This document shows, one piece after another, positions 7,973-16,578 of a stretch of DNA of 32,000 nt (its first letter is position 1; the number at the start of each line of letters is the position of its first letter). The DNA is from Ignicoccus hospitalis KIN4/I (lineage in GTDB: Archaea; Thermoproteota; Thermoprotei_A; Sulfolobales; Ignicoccaceae). The position numbers and the translations under genes are program-made. Location of the stretch: NCBI RefSeq assembly GCF_000017945.1, contig NC_009776.1, positions 960,001-992,000 of the forward strand, read 5' to 3'. The notes under the pieces are model-generated. The model made no database searches and had not been told where the DNA came from. It worked only from the letters and a program-made list of their open reading frames with translations.

Positions 7973-9028
7973 CTACAAGTACCTTATTATGTTAAAGAAC
8001 GTGTCCCTCTGGGCCGGCACCCTCCCGGAGGTCCTAGCGTAGTGGGCCAACTCCTCCAGCGTAGCGTAGCCGTCGTGGGCTTCCGCAGACCTAAATATCT
8101 TCTCGCTGAAGGCCGTGCCCACCAAGTCGGAGCCGCCGAAGTTGAGCAGCGCGGAGGCGTACTTCTTCCCGTACCCGACCCAGTACACGGATATGTTGTT
8201 GATGAACCCGTTCAGCACTATCCTCGATATGGCTACTACCTTGGCGTCGTAGGGGGCGGGGGCCTCGTGCTTAACCAGTCCCTTCCTCCAGAGCTCCGTG
8301 TTCTTGGGTTTAAACTTCAAGAGGATGAAGGTCAGGAACCCCCCGGTCTTCTCTTGCAGCTCCCTAATCCTCATCAAGTGTCTAATTATGTGCTCGGGCC
8401 TCTCCACGTGCCCGTACAGCATGGTGGCGTTGGTCCTTATGCCCAGCTCGTGGGCGGTTTCGATTGTCCTGAGCCACTCCTCGGCGCTCTTGGCGGGGGC
8501 TATTACCTTGAGGACCTCGTCGTCCAACACCTCGGCCCCTCCGCCGGGCATAGCGTCTAGCCCGGCCTCCTTCAGCCTCTCTAACACTTCCTTCACGCTC
8601 ATCCTATTTATCCTGGCCAAGTAGCTCACCTCGGTGGCCGTCAAGGCTTTTATGGTTAGGAAGGGCCACCTCCTCTTCACTTCTGAGAAGAACTTCTCGA
8701 AGTACTCTACCGTGAGTTCCGGAATTATACCCCCGACCACGTGGAGCTCCGTGGCGCCCAGCCACACGGCCTCTGCAGCTTGCTTCAACATCTCTTCGAC
8801 GGACAAGAAGTAAGCCCCCTCCTCTCCCTTCTCTTTATAAAAAGCGCACAGGGGGCAGCGGTAGACGCAGACGTTGGTGTAGTTTATGTTGTAGTTGGCT
8901 ACGAAGGTAACCACGTCCCCCACGGTCTTCTTCCGGAGATCTTCGGCCATCATGCCTAGCTCGTACAAGTCGTAGTGCCACAAGTCCAAGGCTTCGGAGA
9001 AGCTAGGGGGGTCCTTCGGCGCGCTCAA
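7973..9028 (-). CDS. mqnE: Radical SAM enzyme of the MqnE/MqnC/CofH family, closest to aminofutalosine synthase (MqnE)
   Basis: NINYTNVCVYRCPLCAFYKEKGEEGAYFLSVEEML (CX3CX2C); ATELHVVGG; IKALTATEVSYLARINRMSVKEVLERLKEAGLDAMPGGGAEVL; TNATMLYGHVE. Confidence 0.75.
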   Translation of the reverse strand: MSAPKDPPSFSEALDLWHYDLYELGMMAEDLRKKTVGDVVTFVANYNINYTNVCVYRCPLCAFYKEKGEEGAYFLSVEEMLKQAAEAVWLGATELHVVGGIIPELTVEYFEKFFSEVKRRWPFLTIKALTATEVSYLARINRMSVKEVLERLKEAGLDAMPGGGAEVLDDEVLKVIAPAKSAEEWLRTIETAHELGIRTNATMLYGHVERPEHIIRHLMRIRELQEKTGGFLTFILLKFKPKNTELWRKGLVKHEAPAPYDAKVVAISRIVLNGFINNISVYWVGYGKKYASALLNFGGSDLVGTAFSEKIFRSAEAHDGYATLEELAHYARTSGRVPAQRDTFFNIIRYL

Positions 9029-9070
9029 AACCTTTTGACCCGTAGCCCCCCGGGCGAGCGAGAGGTTTTC

Positions 9071-9129
9071 AGCGATGAGGGTTACGGGACCTAGTCCGAG
9101 GCGGTGAGGAGGTGGACCGGCCCCGAGCT
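9071..9129 (+). ncRNA. Candidate C/D-box guide sRNA, antisense to the flanking leuC/mqnE direction
   Basis: Stem AGC/GCT; C ATGAGGG 9075-9081; guide TTACGGGACCTAGT; D' CCGA 9096-9099; C' GTGAGGA 9104-9110; guide GGTGGACCGGCC; D CCGA 9123-9126. Confidence 0.65.
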
Positions 9130-10418
9130 CAGACCTCCATGTCCCTAACTCTGACCTTCAAGTACTTCCGCGGGTCAGCTATCTTGCCCTCCACCGCGCT
9201 CGCCGCCGCAGTGGCGGGGCTCGCTAGGTAGACCTTGCTCGTCCGGTGCCCGCTCCTCCCCCTGAAGTTTCTATTGGTAGTGAACAAGCCCACCTCGTTG
9301 GGGCCCAGTACTCCGTAGTGTGCCCCAACGCACGGGCCGCAAGTGCCGAAGGTGACCAAGCACCCGGCCTCGGTGAGCACGTCCACGTAGCCCTTCTTGA
9401 GCGCTTGCAAGTACACGTTCCTGGAGGCAGTTATGACTATACACCTAGTGTTCGGGGCCACCTTCTTCCCCTTCAGTATCCTCGCGGCCACTGCCACGTC
9501 TTCGAGCCTGCCGTTGGTACAGCTGCCTATGAACACTTGGTCCACCTCTATGCCCTCCACCTCGCTCACCGGAACGGAGTTCGCCGGCGAGTAGGGCTTT
9601 GCCACCATCGGCTCTATCTCGCTCAAGTCGTAGGTGAACTCGTCCTTGTAGTGGGCCCCGGGGTCGGGGAAGGTGAGCTCGGGCTTAGGGACTCCCCTAG
9701 CCCGGCCCTCCACGAACCTCATGACTTCTTCGTCGGCGGGCATGAGGCCTACCTTGGCTCCCATCTCGACCACCATGTTGCTCACCGTCAGCCTGGAGTC
9801 TATCCTCATGTCCTTCAAGCCGTCGCCGACGAACTCCGCGCTCATGTAGGTCGCTCCGTCCTCCTTCAAGTCGCCTATTATCTTCAGTATTAGGTCTTTA
9901 CTCATTACACCCTCCCTAAACTTGCCGATCAGGTTGAACTTGAGCGCCTCCGGGACCTTGAACCATATCCTACCGGTCATCATCGCTATGGCGGCGTCTG
10001 TGGAGCCCACGCCGGTGGCAAAGGAGCCCAGGGCGCCGTAGGTTACTGTGTGGGAGTCCGCCCCCACGAACACCGAGCCGGGCCACGCCCTCCCCTCCTC
10101 CACCATCACTTGGTGGCATATCCCGGTGCCCACGTCGTAGAGGGTGCACTTGTGCTTCCTACAGAACCTCCTCATCTCTATGTGAAGCTCTGAGGTGCCG
10201 GGGTTGTTGCTGGGGGCGGTGTGGTCTATCACGAAGGCTACCTTCTCGGGGTCGAAGACCCTCTCCTCCCCGAACCTCTCCCTCATTACTTTGATGGCAA
10301 GCGGGGCGGTCCCGTCTTGGGCCATTACTCCGTCCACGTCCACTACGACCAGCTCGCCCGGGCTCACTTCCTTACCGACCTTGGCCCCCAGTATCTTCTC
10401 TGCAATCGTGCTCGGCAA
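9129..10418 (-). CDS. leuC: 3-isopropylmalate dehydratase large subunit (aconitase family)
   Basis: STIAEKILG; VIDHTAPSNN; VGADSHTVTYGALGSFATGVGSTDAA; VFIGSCTNGRLEDV; TFGTCGPCVGAHYGVL; NRNFRGRSGHRTSKVYLASPATAAASAVEGKI. Track start 10469 trimmed to TTG 10418, downstream of a CTTATC TATA-like element. Confidence 0.9.
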   Translation of the reverse strand: MPSTIAEKILGAKVGKEVSPGELVVVDVDGVMAQDGTAPLAIKVMRERFGEERVFDPEKVAFVIDHTAPSNNPGTSELHIEMRRFCRKHKCTLYDVGTGICHQVMVEEGRAWPGSVFVGADSHTVTYGALGSFATGVGSTDAAIAMMTGRIWFKVPEALKFNLIGKFREGVMSKDLILKIIGDLKEDGATYMSAEFVGDGLKDMRIDSRLTVSNMVVEMGAKVGLMPADEEVMRFVEGRARGVPKPELTFPDPGAHYKDEFTYDLSEIEPMVAKPYSPANSVPVSEVEGIEVDQVFIGSCTNGRLEDVAVAARILKGKKVAPNTRCIVITASRNVYLQALKKGYVDVLTEAGCLVTFGTCGPCVGAHYGVLGPNEVGLFTTNRNFRGRSGHRTSKVYLASPATAAASAVEGKIADPRKYLKVRVRDMEV

Positions 10419-10465
10419 GGTATTTCCCCAAAGGGGTTTTGGGAGAGGGATAAGTGTTTTCCCCC

Positions 10466-10723
10466 TCACGGGCTCAGGGGCAAGGTCCCCGCGGGGAGGG
10501 CCTTGAGGGTCGCGACCACCTCCGGAGGGGCCTTAACCCAAGAGCCCCTCTTCTCGTCCCACTGGAAGACCTCCACCTTGCCCCTCCGGAGGTGAAGCTT
10601 CACCTTTATCGTCTCGAAGGACCACCCGTGGAACCCCACGGGCTTGGGCATCTCCAAAACCAGGCTCCTCCGGGAGGACTTGAGGACCTTGAGCCGGTCT
10701 AGTACAAACCTCAAACGGGACAC
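10466..10723 (-). CDS. Hypothetical protein, 85 aa
   Basis: Complete ORF with GTG start and an AT-rich ATATTT element about 50 bp upstream; no family recognised. Confidence 0.5.
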   Translation of the reverse strand: MSRLRFVLDRLKVLKSSRRSLVLEMPKPVGFHGWSFETIKVKLHLRRGKVEVFQWDEKRGSWVKAPPEVVATLKALPAGTLPLSP

Positions 10724-10825
10724 CGGCGTGTGGCCTTCCGAACTCCTCCCTATTCACCTTTTCGTTTTGCAGAGAGGGTATGAAACTGAAATATTCTAAC
10801 GATAGGAAAGGCTCGGGGTGAGGCC

Positions 10826-11314
10826 TTGAGGCTGAACAAGAAAGTGGAGGCGGAGATAGCGATAGCGGCCGTCGTAGTGGCTTCGGTTGTGGTAGGCTTC
10901 TTGGCGTATCAATACGGCAAGAGCTCGGCGAGCTGTCTTTACCCAACGGAGAGGAGCTCGGTGCTCCTGAACATGTTCGGCAAGATAGTAGCGGTGCCGC
11001 CGGGCGAGGAGGTCGAGGGGGACTGGGGGAAGGCCTACTACCAGTCCCGCTGCAGCGAGGCGGAGCTGAAGCTGGAGTTCAAGTCGGGCTTAAAGATCTA
11101 CATAGAGGGCAAGCCCAACGGGAACTTAGTGGTGACGAGCGAGTTCAACGGGAAGAAGTGCACTAAGGAGATAGAGGCCGTTCCGGTGTTGCCCTACGTG
11201 ACGGTCACGGCGACCGTTAACAGAGTGCTGGTGAGCGCGTACGGGAGGATACTGGTAATAGACTTACAGCCGGAGCTCAGCTGTAGGATTGCCGGAGTCG
11301 GCGGGGGGCGATGA
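10826..11314 (+). CDS. Hypothetical membrane-anchored/secreted protein, 162 aa
   Basis: One N-terminal hydrophobic segment (AEIAIAAVVVASVVVGFLAYQYG) followed by a soluble domain with 4 Cys; stop codon lies inside a C-box-like ATGAAGA. Confidence 0.6.
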   Translation: MRLNKKVEAEIAIAAVVVASVVVGFLAYQYGKSSASCLYPTERSSVLLNMFGKIVAVPPGEEVEGDWGKAYYQSRCSEAELKLEFKSGLKIYIEGKPNGNLVVTSEFNGKKCTKEIEAVPVLPYVTVTATVNRVLVSAYGRILVIDLQPELSCRIAGVGGGR

Positions 11315-11366
11315 AGAGGGTCCGGTCTTTCGGATCGGTGAAGAGCTGCCGGACCCCTCCCGAGCC
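11307..11366 (+). ncRNA. Possible C/D-box guide sRNA (weaker than the other three)
   Basis: Stem GGC/GCC; C ATGAAGA 11311-11317; guide GGGTCCGGTCTTT; D'-like CGGA 11331-11334; C' GTGAAGA 11338-11344; guide GCTGCCGGACCCCTC; D CCGA 11360-11363. Fills the gap between convergent genes. Confidence 0.42.
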
Positions 11367-11368
11367 GC

Positions 11369-13030
11369 TCACTCTATTCCTATCACCACCTCCGGGAGCT
11401 TGTCCTCCGGAACCCCCAGCTTTTTCGCTATCAACTTCTTTAGCTTCTCCTCTATCTCCTCCTCGCTCACCGTGGGCTTCCTGGTCTCTGGGTCCACGCT
11501 CAAGACCTTCAAGCTCCTCGCTATCTCCGGCACGTACTTGAGGAAGGTTATTACCTTCTCCGCGAGCTCCTCTTCCTTCCTCTTCTTAATTATGAACCTC
11601 TTCAGCCTCCTCGCCGCCTCTTGGAGGGCGAGCCTTATCTCGGCCTCTATCTCCGGCACGTCCGCTATGGTGTCCTTGCTCACGTCCTTAAACGGGACCT
11701 TGGTACTCGCCACGTGGACCAAGACCACTAAGGGGGCGGGGAAGGAGACCTCGTAGTTCTTCCAGTTGAGCTCGCTCACCACCTTCCAGCTCACGTCGTT
11801 CCTCTCATTGTAGAGGAGGGGGGTCTTGTTGGCGTACCTAAGCAAGACCGGGGCGTCGGAGGGGGGTATTTCGCCTCCGTAAGCTATGCCCACCTCCACC
11901 ACGAACGGGTGGCCGGAGTAGGAGGAGGGCCTCCTGCTCACCGCAGTTACGAACTCCGGGTTCAACATGCTCTTGAGGCCTATCTTTATGAGCTTCTCCC
12001 CGATAGGCGAGAGGGCTTCCTTGCTGGGGGCCTTGTACCTCTTGGTCGTCCCGTACTCTTTCATCGCGTTGACCAAGGCTTTGATCTGTTCCTCCGTAAG
12101 CTTCTTCGGCTCTAGGTCCGGCTCCAAGCCGGCCATGCTCAATATCGCCTTAGCGGTCTTCGCACCCACCGCTTGGAACTCGGTGGTCAACATCTGGAGC
12201 AAGGTCTTCGCAGTGGTCAGCTGCGCTATCCTCTTCATAGTTTCTATATCTATGCCCAGCGGGTGGGGCTTCACCTCCTTGGGGGGCTTGGGCATTTCCT
12301 TGGTCCTTCTGGGGTATCTAATTAACGTCCCGTCGGGCGTGATTAGGGTTATGTCCGCGTAGGGCGCCACGATGGCAGTCCTCCGGACGTACTCTACGAC
12401 CTTACTCCTCGCCCTCCTCCAGTTCCCCTCTATGATTACGCTCACCCTGGTCCCGTGCCAGTCGCCGGACTTTGTCCACGAGCCCCTTTCCTTCACGTCC
12501 GGCTCGTTGGTGCTTATGTTAGTGGACACCTTGAACCTGTAGGTCATTTTGTCCTTTATAGGGCTGGAAATTACCGTGGCGGGCTCGCCGGTGGTCTTCT
12601 GCGCGTAGAGGACCGCGGCCTTCACACCTAGGCCGTAGGTTCCTCTGGTCTGCCTCTCCACGTACTTGGAGCTGTACAGCATCCTGCCGAAGGCGTAAGG
12701 TATCTTGTCTTGCGGCACCCCGATCCCGTTGTCGTCCACCGTTATTCTGTAAATTCCGTCCTTGGAGCCCTTGATCTCCTTCTTTTCTTCCTCTTCCTTC
12801 GAAGCCTTTGCCTCATTCAGCCTCTCGATAACTATAGTTATTCTGGGCAGTATTCCGTGAGTTTCTGTGGCGTCTAAGGAGTTGTCCAACATTTCCTTAA
12901 CGGTTTGGAATATCGCCCTCGTGTAGTTGTCGAACCCGGTGAGCTCTATGTTGCGGAAGAAGAACTCCGCCGGCCCGATTGCCTTGAAGCGCTCCTCGCC
13001 CCTCTCGCTCTGGACGCGCTGCTTGGGCAT
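11369..13030 (-). CDS. top6B: Type II DNA topoisomerase VI subunit B
   Basis: 553 aa; TVKEMLDNSLDATE; YRITVDDNGIGVPQDKIPYAFGRMLYSSKY; RQTRGTYGLGVKAAVLYAQKTTGEP. Confidence 0.97.
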   Translation of the reverse strand: MPKQRVQSERGEERFKAIGPAEFFFRNIELTGFDNYTRAIFQTVKEMLDNSLDATETHGILPRITIVIERLNEAKASKEEEEKKEIKGSKDGIYRITVDDNGIGVPQDKIPYAFGRMLYSSKYVERQTRGTYGLGVKAAVLYAQKTTGEPATVISSPIKDKMTYRFKVSTNISTNEPDVKERGSWTKSGDWHGTRVSVIIEGNWRRARSKVVEYVRRTAIVAPYADITLITPDGTLIRYPRRTKEMPKPPKEVKPHPLGIDIETMKRIAQLTTAKTLLQMLTTEFQAVGAKTAKAILSMAGLEPDLEPKKLTEEQIKALVNAMKEYGTTKRYKAPSKEALSPIGEKLIKIGLKSMLNPEFVTAVSRRPSSYSGHPFVVEVGIAYGGEIPPSDAPVLLRYANKTPLLYNERNDVSWKVVSELNWKNYEVSFPAPLVVLVHVASTKVPFKDVSKDTIADVPEIEAEIRLALQEAARRLKRFIIKKRKEEELAEKVITFLKYVPEIARSLKVLSVDPETRKPTVSEEEIEEKLKKLIAKKLGVPEDKLPEVVIGIE

Positions 13031-13087
13031 TTCTAAGCCCTTTGTAGTCTCGGGAGCTTCCTTATTAGTTTAAAAAGGACGTAGGGC

Positions 13088-14389
13088 TCAGAGCTCCAAG
13101 GCCAGCTTCAAGTACTTCTTGAACCTCTCCTCAGCCTCCTTTAAATCGCTCAACTTGTAGCCGTACTTCACCTCTACGAACTGTTTCCTCAACTCCACGA
13201 CGTCTTCCTTTACCTTCTTCGGGTCCTCGCCGTCCATGACCCTCTTTATGAGCCTCGCGACCTCCTTCATCTCCCCTTCCTTCATCCCGAACCTCGTCAT
13301 CTCTTGGACTCCCATCCTTATTCCGCTGGGGTTCGCTATGGCGTCTGGGGGGTCCCACGGCAACAAGTTCTTGTTAACTATTATGTTAGCCTCTTCGAGC
13401 TTCTTAGCTATCTCCGACCCTCCTCCGAACTCCCTCACGTCTATCACCACTTGATGTGTCCTGGTGAAGCCCAAGCGTTCGCCGAGCACCTTCACCCCCA
13501 AGGCGTGGAGCTCCTCCGCTAAGGCCTTCGCGTTAGAAACCACTTGAGAGGCGTACTGTTCGCCGAACTCCAACATCTCCAACGCGGTGACCGCTAAGGA
13601 GGGGAGGCGGTGGGCGTGGTGGTTGCTCACGAAGACCGGGAAGACGGTCCTAGACACCTTCTTGTAAACGTCCTTGTCGTTAGTGAGTATTACTCCCCCT
13701 TGGGGGCCGGGGAAGGTCTTGTGGGTGGAGGCGGTCATCACGTCCGCGCCCTCAGACAAGGGGTTCTCTAAGGCCTTGCCGGCTATGAGCCCCAACACGT
13801 GGGCGGCGTCGTAAACCACCTTCGCCCCCACGGAGTGGGCCGCCTCGGCTATCTCCTTCACGGGGTGGGGGAAGGGGTACATGCTGCCCCCGAGGACCAC
13901 GAAGGCGGGCTCCACCTCCTCTATCATCTTTACCGCCTTATCGACGTCTATGTTTAGGTTCTCCTCGTCGTAGGGCATCTCTACTTGCTCTATGCACAAG
14001 GCTCCGAGTATGCCGAACTTGGTGTGGCTGACGTGGGAGCCCGCTTGTACCGGGGGTATTATTGCTTTCTTCTTCTCTTGTCCTAAGACGTAGAACACCG
14101 TCCCGTTGGCCGTGGTGCCGCTGACGGGCCTCACCTCGGCGTACTCGGAGTTGAAGAGCTTCTTCATGAGTTCCGTGGCCAATACCTCTATTTCGTCTAT
14201 GTACTTGGTCCCCTGGTAGTACCTCTTGAAAGGCTTGCCTTCGGCGTAGCGGTGCATCATGTCGTTCAAGTACAAGCTTTCCGCCAGAGGACTCATCACG
14301 TTTTCGCTTGCTATGAGGTTTATCGTTTGGTGCCTCCACTCGTCGTGGGCCTCAACTATTTCTATTATCTTCTTTAAGGTCTCGTGCAT
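13088..14389 (-). CDS. glyA: Serine hydroxymethyltransferase
   Basis: 433 aa; [15 protein letters not shown]; [21 protein letters not shown]; [20 protein letters not shown]; [17 protein letters not shown]. Confidence 0.96.
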   Translation of the reverse strand: MHETLKKIIEIVEAHDEWRHQTINLIASENVMSPLAESLYLNDMMHRYAEGKPFKRYYQGTKYIDEIEVLATELMKKLFNSEYAEVRPVSGTTANGTVFYVLGQEKKKAIIPPVQAGSHVSHTKFGILGALCIEQVEMPYDEENLNIDVDKAVKMIEEVEPAFVVLGGSMYPFPHPVKEIAEAAHSVGAKVVYDAAHVLGLIAGKALENPLSEGADVMTASTHKTFPGPQGGVILTNDKDVYKKVSRTVFPVFVSNHHAHRLPSLAVTALEMLEFGEQYASQVVSNAKALAEELHALGVKVLGERLGFTRTHQVVIDVREFGGGSEIAKKLEEANIIVNKNLLPWDPPDAIANPSGIRMGVQEMTRFGMKEGEMKEVARLIKRVMDGEDPKKVKEDVVELRKQFVEVKYGYKLSDLKEAEERFKKYLKLALEL

Positions 14390-14409
14390 CCCCTTGTCCC
14401 TAAAAACTC

Positions 14410-15261
14410 TCAGCCCGCGGGAGTAAATATTGACAGTTGGTACCAGTACTTCTTCATCATTACCGCGTCCTCCTCCAAGTTCGGTGACTCACTTATGAGA
14501 ACTCCCTTAACGTTGAACTCCTTCAACACCTCCAGTAACTCTTTCCACCTCATGTCTGACTCCTCCAAGTTCAAGTGGGTTCCGTGCTTGTCCAGCTTTA
14601 TCCCGGAGACGTGAATGTGCATGTTGTCCAAGGCGAACCTTCCCAACTCCTTCTCCAGCTTCTCGAGGACCGCCCTAAACTCCTCCTTGCTGTTCCAGCC
14701 CTCCCTGTACCTCAAGTGGGCGAAGTCCACGCAGGGGAGCACTATGTCGAACTCTTGGGATAGCTTTATGACCTCGTCCAGTGAGCCGAACTTGCTCTTC
14801 AGCTCCATAGTTTCTGGCCTTATCCACACGTCCAGCCCGAGCTCCTTCACCCTCTCCACTACCTCCGCCAAGGCGTCCCTGATCCTCTTGTACACTACGG
14901 AGGGGGCCTTCTTCATGTACCACCCGGGGTGGAAGACCACGCTCCACCCTCCGGCGGCGTGGAGGACCTTAGCGCTTTGGACTATGTACTCTATGCTCCT
15001 CTTCCTCTTCTCCTCCTCCGGCGAGGCGAGGTTTACGTAGTAAGGGGCGTGGGCGGTCAACACCACGTCCAGCTCCCTAGCCACCTTGCCCGCCTCCCTG
15101 GCCTTCTCCTCACTCATCCTAACTCCCCTGACGAACTCAAGCTCCATGGCGTCCAACCCAAGTTCCTTCACTCTCTTTATTCCCTCTATCACGTTCCTCT
15201 TCTTCGCGGAGTTCGGTATCCCCGCCGGCCCGAACCTAAGCCGGTCTATCTGGAAGGGCAT
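14410..15261 (-). CDS. nfo: Endonuclease IV / AP-endonuclease family 2 TIM-barrel protein
   Basis: [39 protein letters not shown]; [13 protein letters not shown]; [11 protein letters not shown]; [12 protein letters not shown]; [19 protein letters not shown]. Confidence 0.8.
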   Translation of the reverse strand: MPFQIDRLRFGPAGIPNSAKKRNVIEGIKRVKELGLDAMELEFVRGVRMSEEKAREAGKVARELDVVLTAHAPYYVNLASPEEEKRKRSIEYIVQSAKVLHAAGGWSVVFHPGWYMKKAPSVVYKRIRDALAEVVERVKELGLDVWIRPETMELKSKFGSLDEVIKLSQEFDIVLPCVDFAHLRYREGWNSKEEFRAVLEKLEKELGRFALDNMHIHVSGIKLDKHGTHLNLEESDMRWKELLEVLKEFNVKGVLISESPNLEEDAVMMKKYWYQLSIFTPAG

Positions 15262-15349
15262 GAGGTCGCCCGCGAGGCCTTAGGCCGGCCTAACTTTAAT
15301 TCGAAAAGCCTTCTAAAGTCCCGTCCGAGGCCCTCGCGGGGACGTCGAA

Positions 15350-15601
15350 GTGGAAGTCGTTATAGTGTCGTACAGGAGGGGCTCTAACGACCAGAACCCC
15401 CACCAAGTCTTGGTCCGCTTCCCCAGCTACCGGGACGCCGCCTCCGCCGTGAGGAGCAAGATAATCTACGAGGACGAGCACGGCAACGTATACGTCGGGA
15501 AGGTGTTGAGGCCCCACGGCAAGAAGGGGGTGGCGATAGCGGTATTCAAGCCCAACTTGCCGGGACAGGCGATGGGCAAGGTAGCCAAGGTGGAGCGATG
15601 A
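15350..15601 (+). CDS. rpl35ae: Large-subunit ribosomal protein L35Ae
   Basis: VEVVIVSYRRGSNDQNPHQVLVRF...GKVLRPHGKKGVAIAVFKPNLPGQAMGKVAKV; matches the remembered YRRG...QVLV / GKI.PHG.KG..RA.F...LPGQA.G pattern. Confidence 0.85.
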   Translation: MEVVIVSYRRGSNDQNPHQVLVRFPSYRDAASAVRSKIIYEDEHGNVYVGKVLRPHGKKGVAIAVFKPNLPGQAMGKVAKVER

Positions 15602-15652
15602 GGAGCGCGAACCTCCCCTGAAGGGTGATGGAAACAGCCCGCGGCCGAGCTC
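15593..15652 (+). ncRNA. Candidate C/D-box guide sRNA with the rpl35ae stop codon inside its C box
   Basis: Stem GAGC 15593-15596/GCTC 15649-15652; C ATGAGGA 15598-15604 (contains the TGA stop 15599-15601); guide GCGCGAACCTCCC; D' CTGA 15618-15621; spacer AGG; C' GTGATGG 15625-15631; guide AAACAGCCCGCGG; D CCGA 15645-15648. Confidence 0.75.
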
Positions 15653-16094
15653 ATAGGAACTTAGCGCAGTCAGAGGGGACGTAGCCCAAGAACGAGGCCT
15701 CGCCCTCCCCCACCAGCTTTCTTATGGAGGTGGCCAAACTCTTCATGAGCTCGAACATCTCCTTCAAGCTCTCAGCCGCGGGCGGCCTCGCGGCGATTAG
15801 GATCACCTCTTGGTCCTCTTCCGCCGAGATGAGGGCCGGTAAGATGGCTTCTAGCGCTTCCTTCTTCAACTCGTGCTTACCCTTCTTCACCATAATTCTA
15901 ATGACCACTGGGATCAACTTCTTGTTTAAGTTATCGTAATACACCCTCAACGCTACGTAAGGCTCGTCGGAGAAGACCAAATCGAAGCAGTTGGTCCCGT
16001 AGGTCACGCTCTCCTCCGCGGCGGAGAAGGCCTCTATCGAGGGGAGGCCTTGGGCCTCGAACGCCTCGGCCAGCTCTTTCAAGTCGAAGCGCAA
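15651..16094 (-). CDS. Hypothetical protein, about 147 aa
   Basis: C-terminal part of the 320-aa track ORF; coding-like LRFDLKELAEAFEAQGLPSIEAFSAAEESVTYGTNCFDLVFSDEPYVALRVYYDN... The upstream half opposes the CBS gene and is low complexity, so the start is taken as TTG 16094. Confidence 0.6.
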   Translation of the reverse strand: MRFDLKELAEAFEAQGLPSIEAFSAAEESVTYGTNCFDLVFSDEPYVALRVYYDNLNKKLIPVVIRIMVKKGKHELKKEALEAILPALISAEEDQEVILIAARPPAAESLKEMFELMKSLATSIRKLVGEGEASFLGYVPSDCAKFL

Positions 16095-16146
16095 CGCGCT
16101 CTCCCCATATAACCTCCGGCCCGGTCGTGAAAACCGGTGGAAGAGG

Positions 16147-16578
16147 GTGCGCCCGATTACGGTCGCGGACGTCATGTCCAAGCCCGTGGTGGTGATAGGG
16201 GTCAACAACACCTTGAGGGAAGCGGCAAAGGAGATGATGGATAAGGGCGTGGGGAGCTTGGTCGTGGTGGACGAGAAGGGGGACGTCGTGGGAATAATAA
16301 CCGAGAGGGACGTGGTGAGGGCGGTAGCAGAGGGGAAGGACTTGAACGCGCCGGTCTCAGAGGTCATGACTCCCGACGTGCTCACCGTGTCTCCGGAGAC
16401 CAGCGTGCTCAAAGCTATAGAGACGATGAAGATGCACAACGTCCGCCACTTGCCCGTAGCTTCCGACGACGAAATAGTGGGGATGGTCTCGTTAAAGGAC
16501 TTAGCCTTCGCGGTCGCTGCCGAGATGATACTAAAGAGGATATACGAGATGTTGAAGGAGGAGCTCAGCGAGCTCTGA
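16147..16578 (+). CDS. Tandem CBS-domain protein
   Basis: RPITVADVMSKPVVVIGVNNTLREAAKEMMDKGVGSLVVVDEKGDVVGIITERDVVRAV...VSEVMTPDVLTVSPETSVLKAIETMKMHNVRHLPV; TATA-like CATATAAC at 16106-16113. Confidence 0.93.
   Translation: MRPITVADVMSKPVVVIGVNNTLREAAKEMMDKGVGSLVVVDEKGDVVGIITERDVVRAVAEGKDLNAPVSEVMTPDVLTVSPETSVLKAIETMKMHNVRHLPVASDDEIVGMVSLKDLAFAVAAEMILKRIYEMLKEELSEL

Noticed and set aside
7556-8560. 334-aa plus-strand ORF
   Set aside because: Antisense across both the ABC ATPase and the radical SAM gene; no recognisable family.
10427-10437. Short palindrome CCCCAAAGGGG upstream of leuC
   Set aside because: Only 4-bp arms with a 3-nt centre, lying at the inferred promoter/leader junction; too small to call a feature.
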